Source of the DNA: Mytilus edulis
Lineage: Eukaryota
Direction: 5' to 3'
NCBI RefSeq assembly: GCF_963676685.1
Contig: NC_092357.1
Coordinates: 17,050,001-17,114,000 of the forward strand
DNA length: 64,000 nucleotides
Of this stretch, positions 61,551-64,000 are shown piece by piece (positions within the stretch are counted from its first letter, which is position 1; every line of letters starts with the position of its first letter). A model generated the notes under the pieces. It saw only the letters and a program-made list of their open reading frames with translations. It ran no database searches and had not been told where the DNA came from. Both the position numbers and the translations under genes were made by a program.

Positions 61551-64000
61551 TTTATTTTTTTCTTTGGAATATTTTAGTATACACATCTGATTCACGCCAC
61601 CTCTAGAATAATTTTCACGCCCGGAGTTGATTCCTGATAAAATAGCTGTTAACTTTTTAGAAAATAGGTTTCATGGAGCATTTAAAACACACAGCAACAT
61701 ACTGTTGTTTGTAAGGACACTTCCAAAATTCTAAGGTATTCAAAATGTAAATCACGAAAATACTATACTCTGAGGAAAATTCACAACTGAAAGACCCTAA
61801 TCAAATGACAAATTTAAAGTGCAAACACATCAAACGAATGGATAACAACTGTCTTATTCCTGACTTGGTATAGACATTTTCTTATGTAGAAAATGGTGTA
61901 TCAAACCCGGTTTTAAAGCTATATCAATACAGTGATGGGAGATCTAGTTCTTTATCTCTGGTTGCAATTCCAAAGGAACATAGAACAGACCTCTGAATAT
62001 CCAGGATTTCCTCTTTGGTAAGTTTCATTGACGTAGCATGGGTATTTATAGACCCATTCATTTTCTTAGTTCTGATTGCGACAAAAAACAATTATGTAAC
62101 ACATAAACAAACGACAACCACTGAATAACTCATCAGATGGATAAAAGTACAAATACCAAAAAATACAAGTGGACGTGGCTATTTTCAGTAATTGGTACAG
62201 GTTGACTGTCATTTGGGCAGTTCAATACAGAACACTATGGGGAAAACCTTAGAACTCTTTTTGTCAGAAAACACTGTTAAACACCAAAACATACTATCCA
62301 AGCTGATATGTGTTCACACTTGTTAAGTCGATAAGAATATTTATTTAGTTTCAGAGCCAACGATTCCATTACTTCTAAGGCTAGCCGCTATTTCAAATAA
62401 TAATGATGTATTGAATTTTTCCTGTGAAGCCTTCATGCGCAGGAAAAAATAAATTTGTCTTTCAAGACTTCATAATAATTATTTTTGGACTTGATCTTTT
62501 CCCAAAGTGCTTGACTTTCAAGAGTATGAATTGGTCGTCCGTAGTCCGGTCAACAAAATTATGAAAAGGCGATTTTTTTTGCATTTAATAGCCTTTCCTC
62601 TTCTAGGGGCAACTGTCTCTCTCTTGCCAACCCAAACTTATACCTTTACCACCCCTATCCATACTCTACTACCCCAACGCATGTCTCCCCTATTCTCACT
62701 CCCACACCCCCTTGGTCAGAGATAAAAATCAGTACTAAGCAAAAATTGAGGAATTTGTTTGTTGTGATTTGAAATAACTGCTGCACGGTTATTTATACTG
62801 AAGACCTCTTACAGGGGCGGTTCCAGCGATTTAAAAAAGGGGGGTCCAACTTAAAAAAAAGGGGTCAACTTATGTCCCTATTCTTATGCATTAATCCCGG
62901 GAAGCCTTCCATCACAGAATCCGCCACGGTCTTATAATGTGTAAAATAACAACTGGTATAATATTTTGTATTTTAAATGGTGCTATAAATAAAAGATCCT
63001 GGTCTTGTGCCCCTTGTAACCTTATGTGAGGGAAAGATTCATATTGGATGCTTCGTCAAAAGACATTTTACTGAACTGGTGCTCTTTAAATCTTAAAGTA
63101 CGCGTTTCCTAAATCTCAAAGTAAGCGTTTCCTAAATCTTAAAGTAATCGTTACACATTTATTTTCAGAAAAAAAGTGAATACATCTGATTTAATCATTT
63201 GTTGTCTTAAATTTTGAATGAAAATGATATATATACCTTTTTTTTAAATACTATGTTGAGAAAGTTTGGAAAATGTTGATAAGATATTTTCTATTTTGAC
63301 AAGTTTGACAGTGCTCTCTGACTAACAAGAGAACGCAGTTTCGTTGTAAACGAAATCACTTTCATCTACAAGTTTATGTGATAATAAATCATGAATCTCG
63401 ATACCTGGTTATTTATTTTGTTCCGTCAACCACACTTTCATTCATGAAAAACGGTATTGTATTGTTTATTTTAAGATTGAGGCAACCTACCTTTCAACTG
63501 TCTTTGGAATTTTCTTTTCGAATATCGGAAAGTACGCGTTTCCAGAATCTGAAAGCAAGCGTTCCGAATATACACCAAAAAGACATTTAAATCGAAAATT
63601 CATTGTTTTTTAAAAATGGTATAATGTTACGCATTTCGAATATTACGTAGAATATATACTAGTAGTAGTTTTTGAAACAGCGAAATGAAAGGTCAACTAA
63701 GTTAATCAGATGCCATTCTTTATACGCGTATATAGGACGTTATTTACAACAGCGAACATTTACGTTTGAAATATAAAACCGTTAACACGATTAATTTACA
63801 CAATTTCTCAAAAAAAAAAAAAAACTATGTTAATCAAAAGTTTTTTATTTTATATTGTCAGCGCATAATCAAACAGGATGGCATTAGTTTTCTAATGTAA
63901 AATTATCGTAAATCTATTTGTAAGAGAAAAACCAAGGCAACACAAAAAAAAACCCAACAAAACAAAGGAATCCGATGGAAGAATGAACACTAAACGTAGC

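Noticed and set aside
62812-62929. hAT-like CAGGGGCGG-terminated MITE (similar fragments at about 24073-24220 and 22100-22260)
   Set aside because: TIRs and the 8-bp TSD are too degraded to call with confidence.

Overview
AT-rich, intron-rich animal genomic DNA. The repeat families and gene types point to a bivalve mollusc, probably Mytilus-like (inference). (1) 247-24610 (-): an 18-exon, frame-consistent ADAMTS-like M12B metalloprotease gene of about 729 aa, hand-assembled from GT-AG exons. It has a signal peptide, prodomain, furin site, HELAHSLSAVHD zinc motif, Met-turn and Cys-rich domain, then four PLAC-like 6-Cys exon modules instead of TSP1/spacer domains. (2) 28437-33837: a structurally complete DIRS-type tyrosine-recombinase retrotransposon. 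Its terminal repeats are identical, but its RT/RH/MT/YR genes are ruined and CpG-depleted, and its leader carries a covarying hairpin array. It integrated through a 7-bp ATTCTTA core into a 442-bp tRNA-like tandem repeat that itself sits in (TA)n. (3) 47446-49596 (+) and 53814-55950 (-): a tail-to-tail pair of paralogous single-coding-exon Toll-like receptors; the second is frameshifted at A-runs. Penelope-like RT and Polinton/Maverick polB remnants lie between them. (4) Many dispersed repeats, including about eight copies of minimal hammerhead ribozymes (one intact), Helentron-like elements, MITEs and a 39-bp minisatellite derived from a SINE core. No CRISPR, rRNA or intact tRNA gene is supported.
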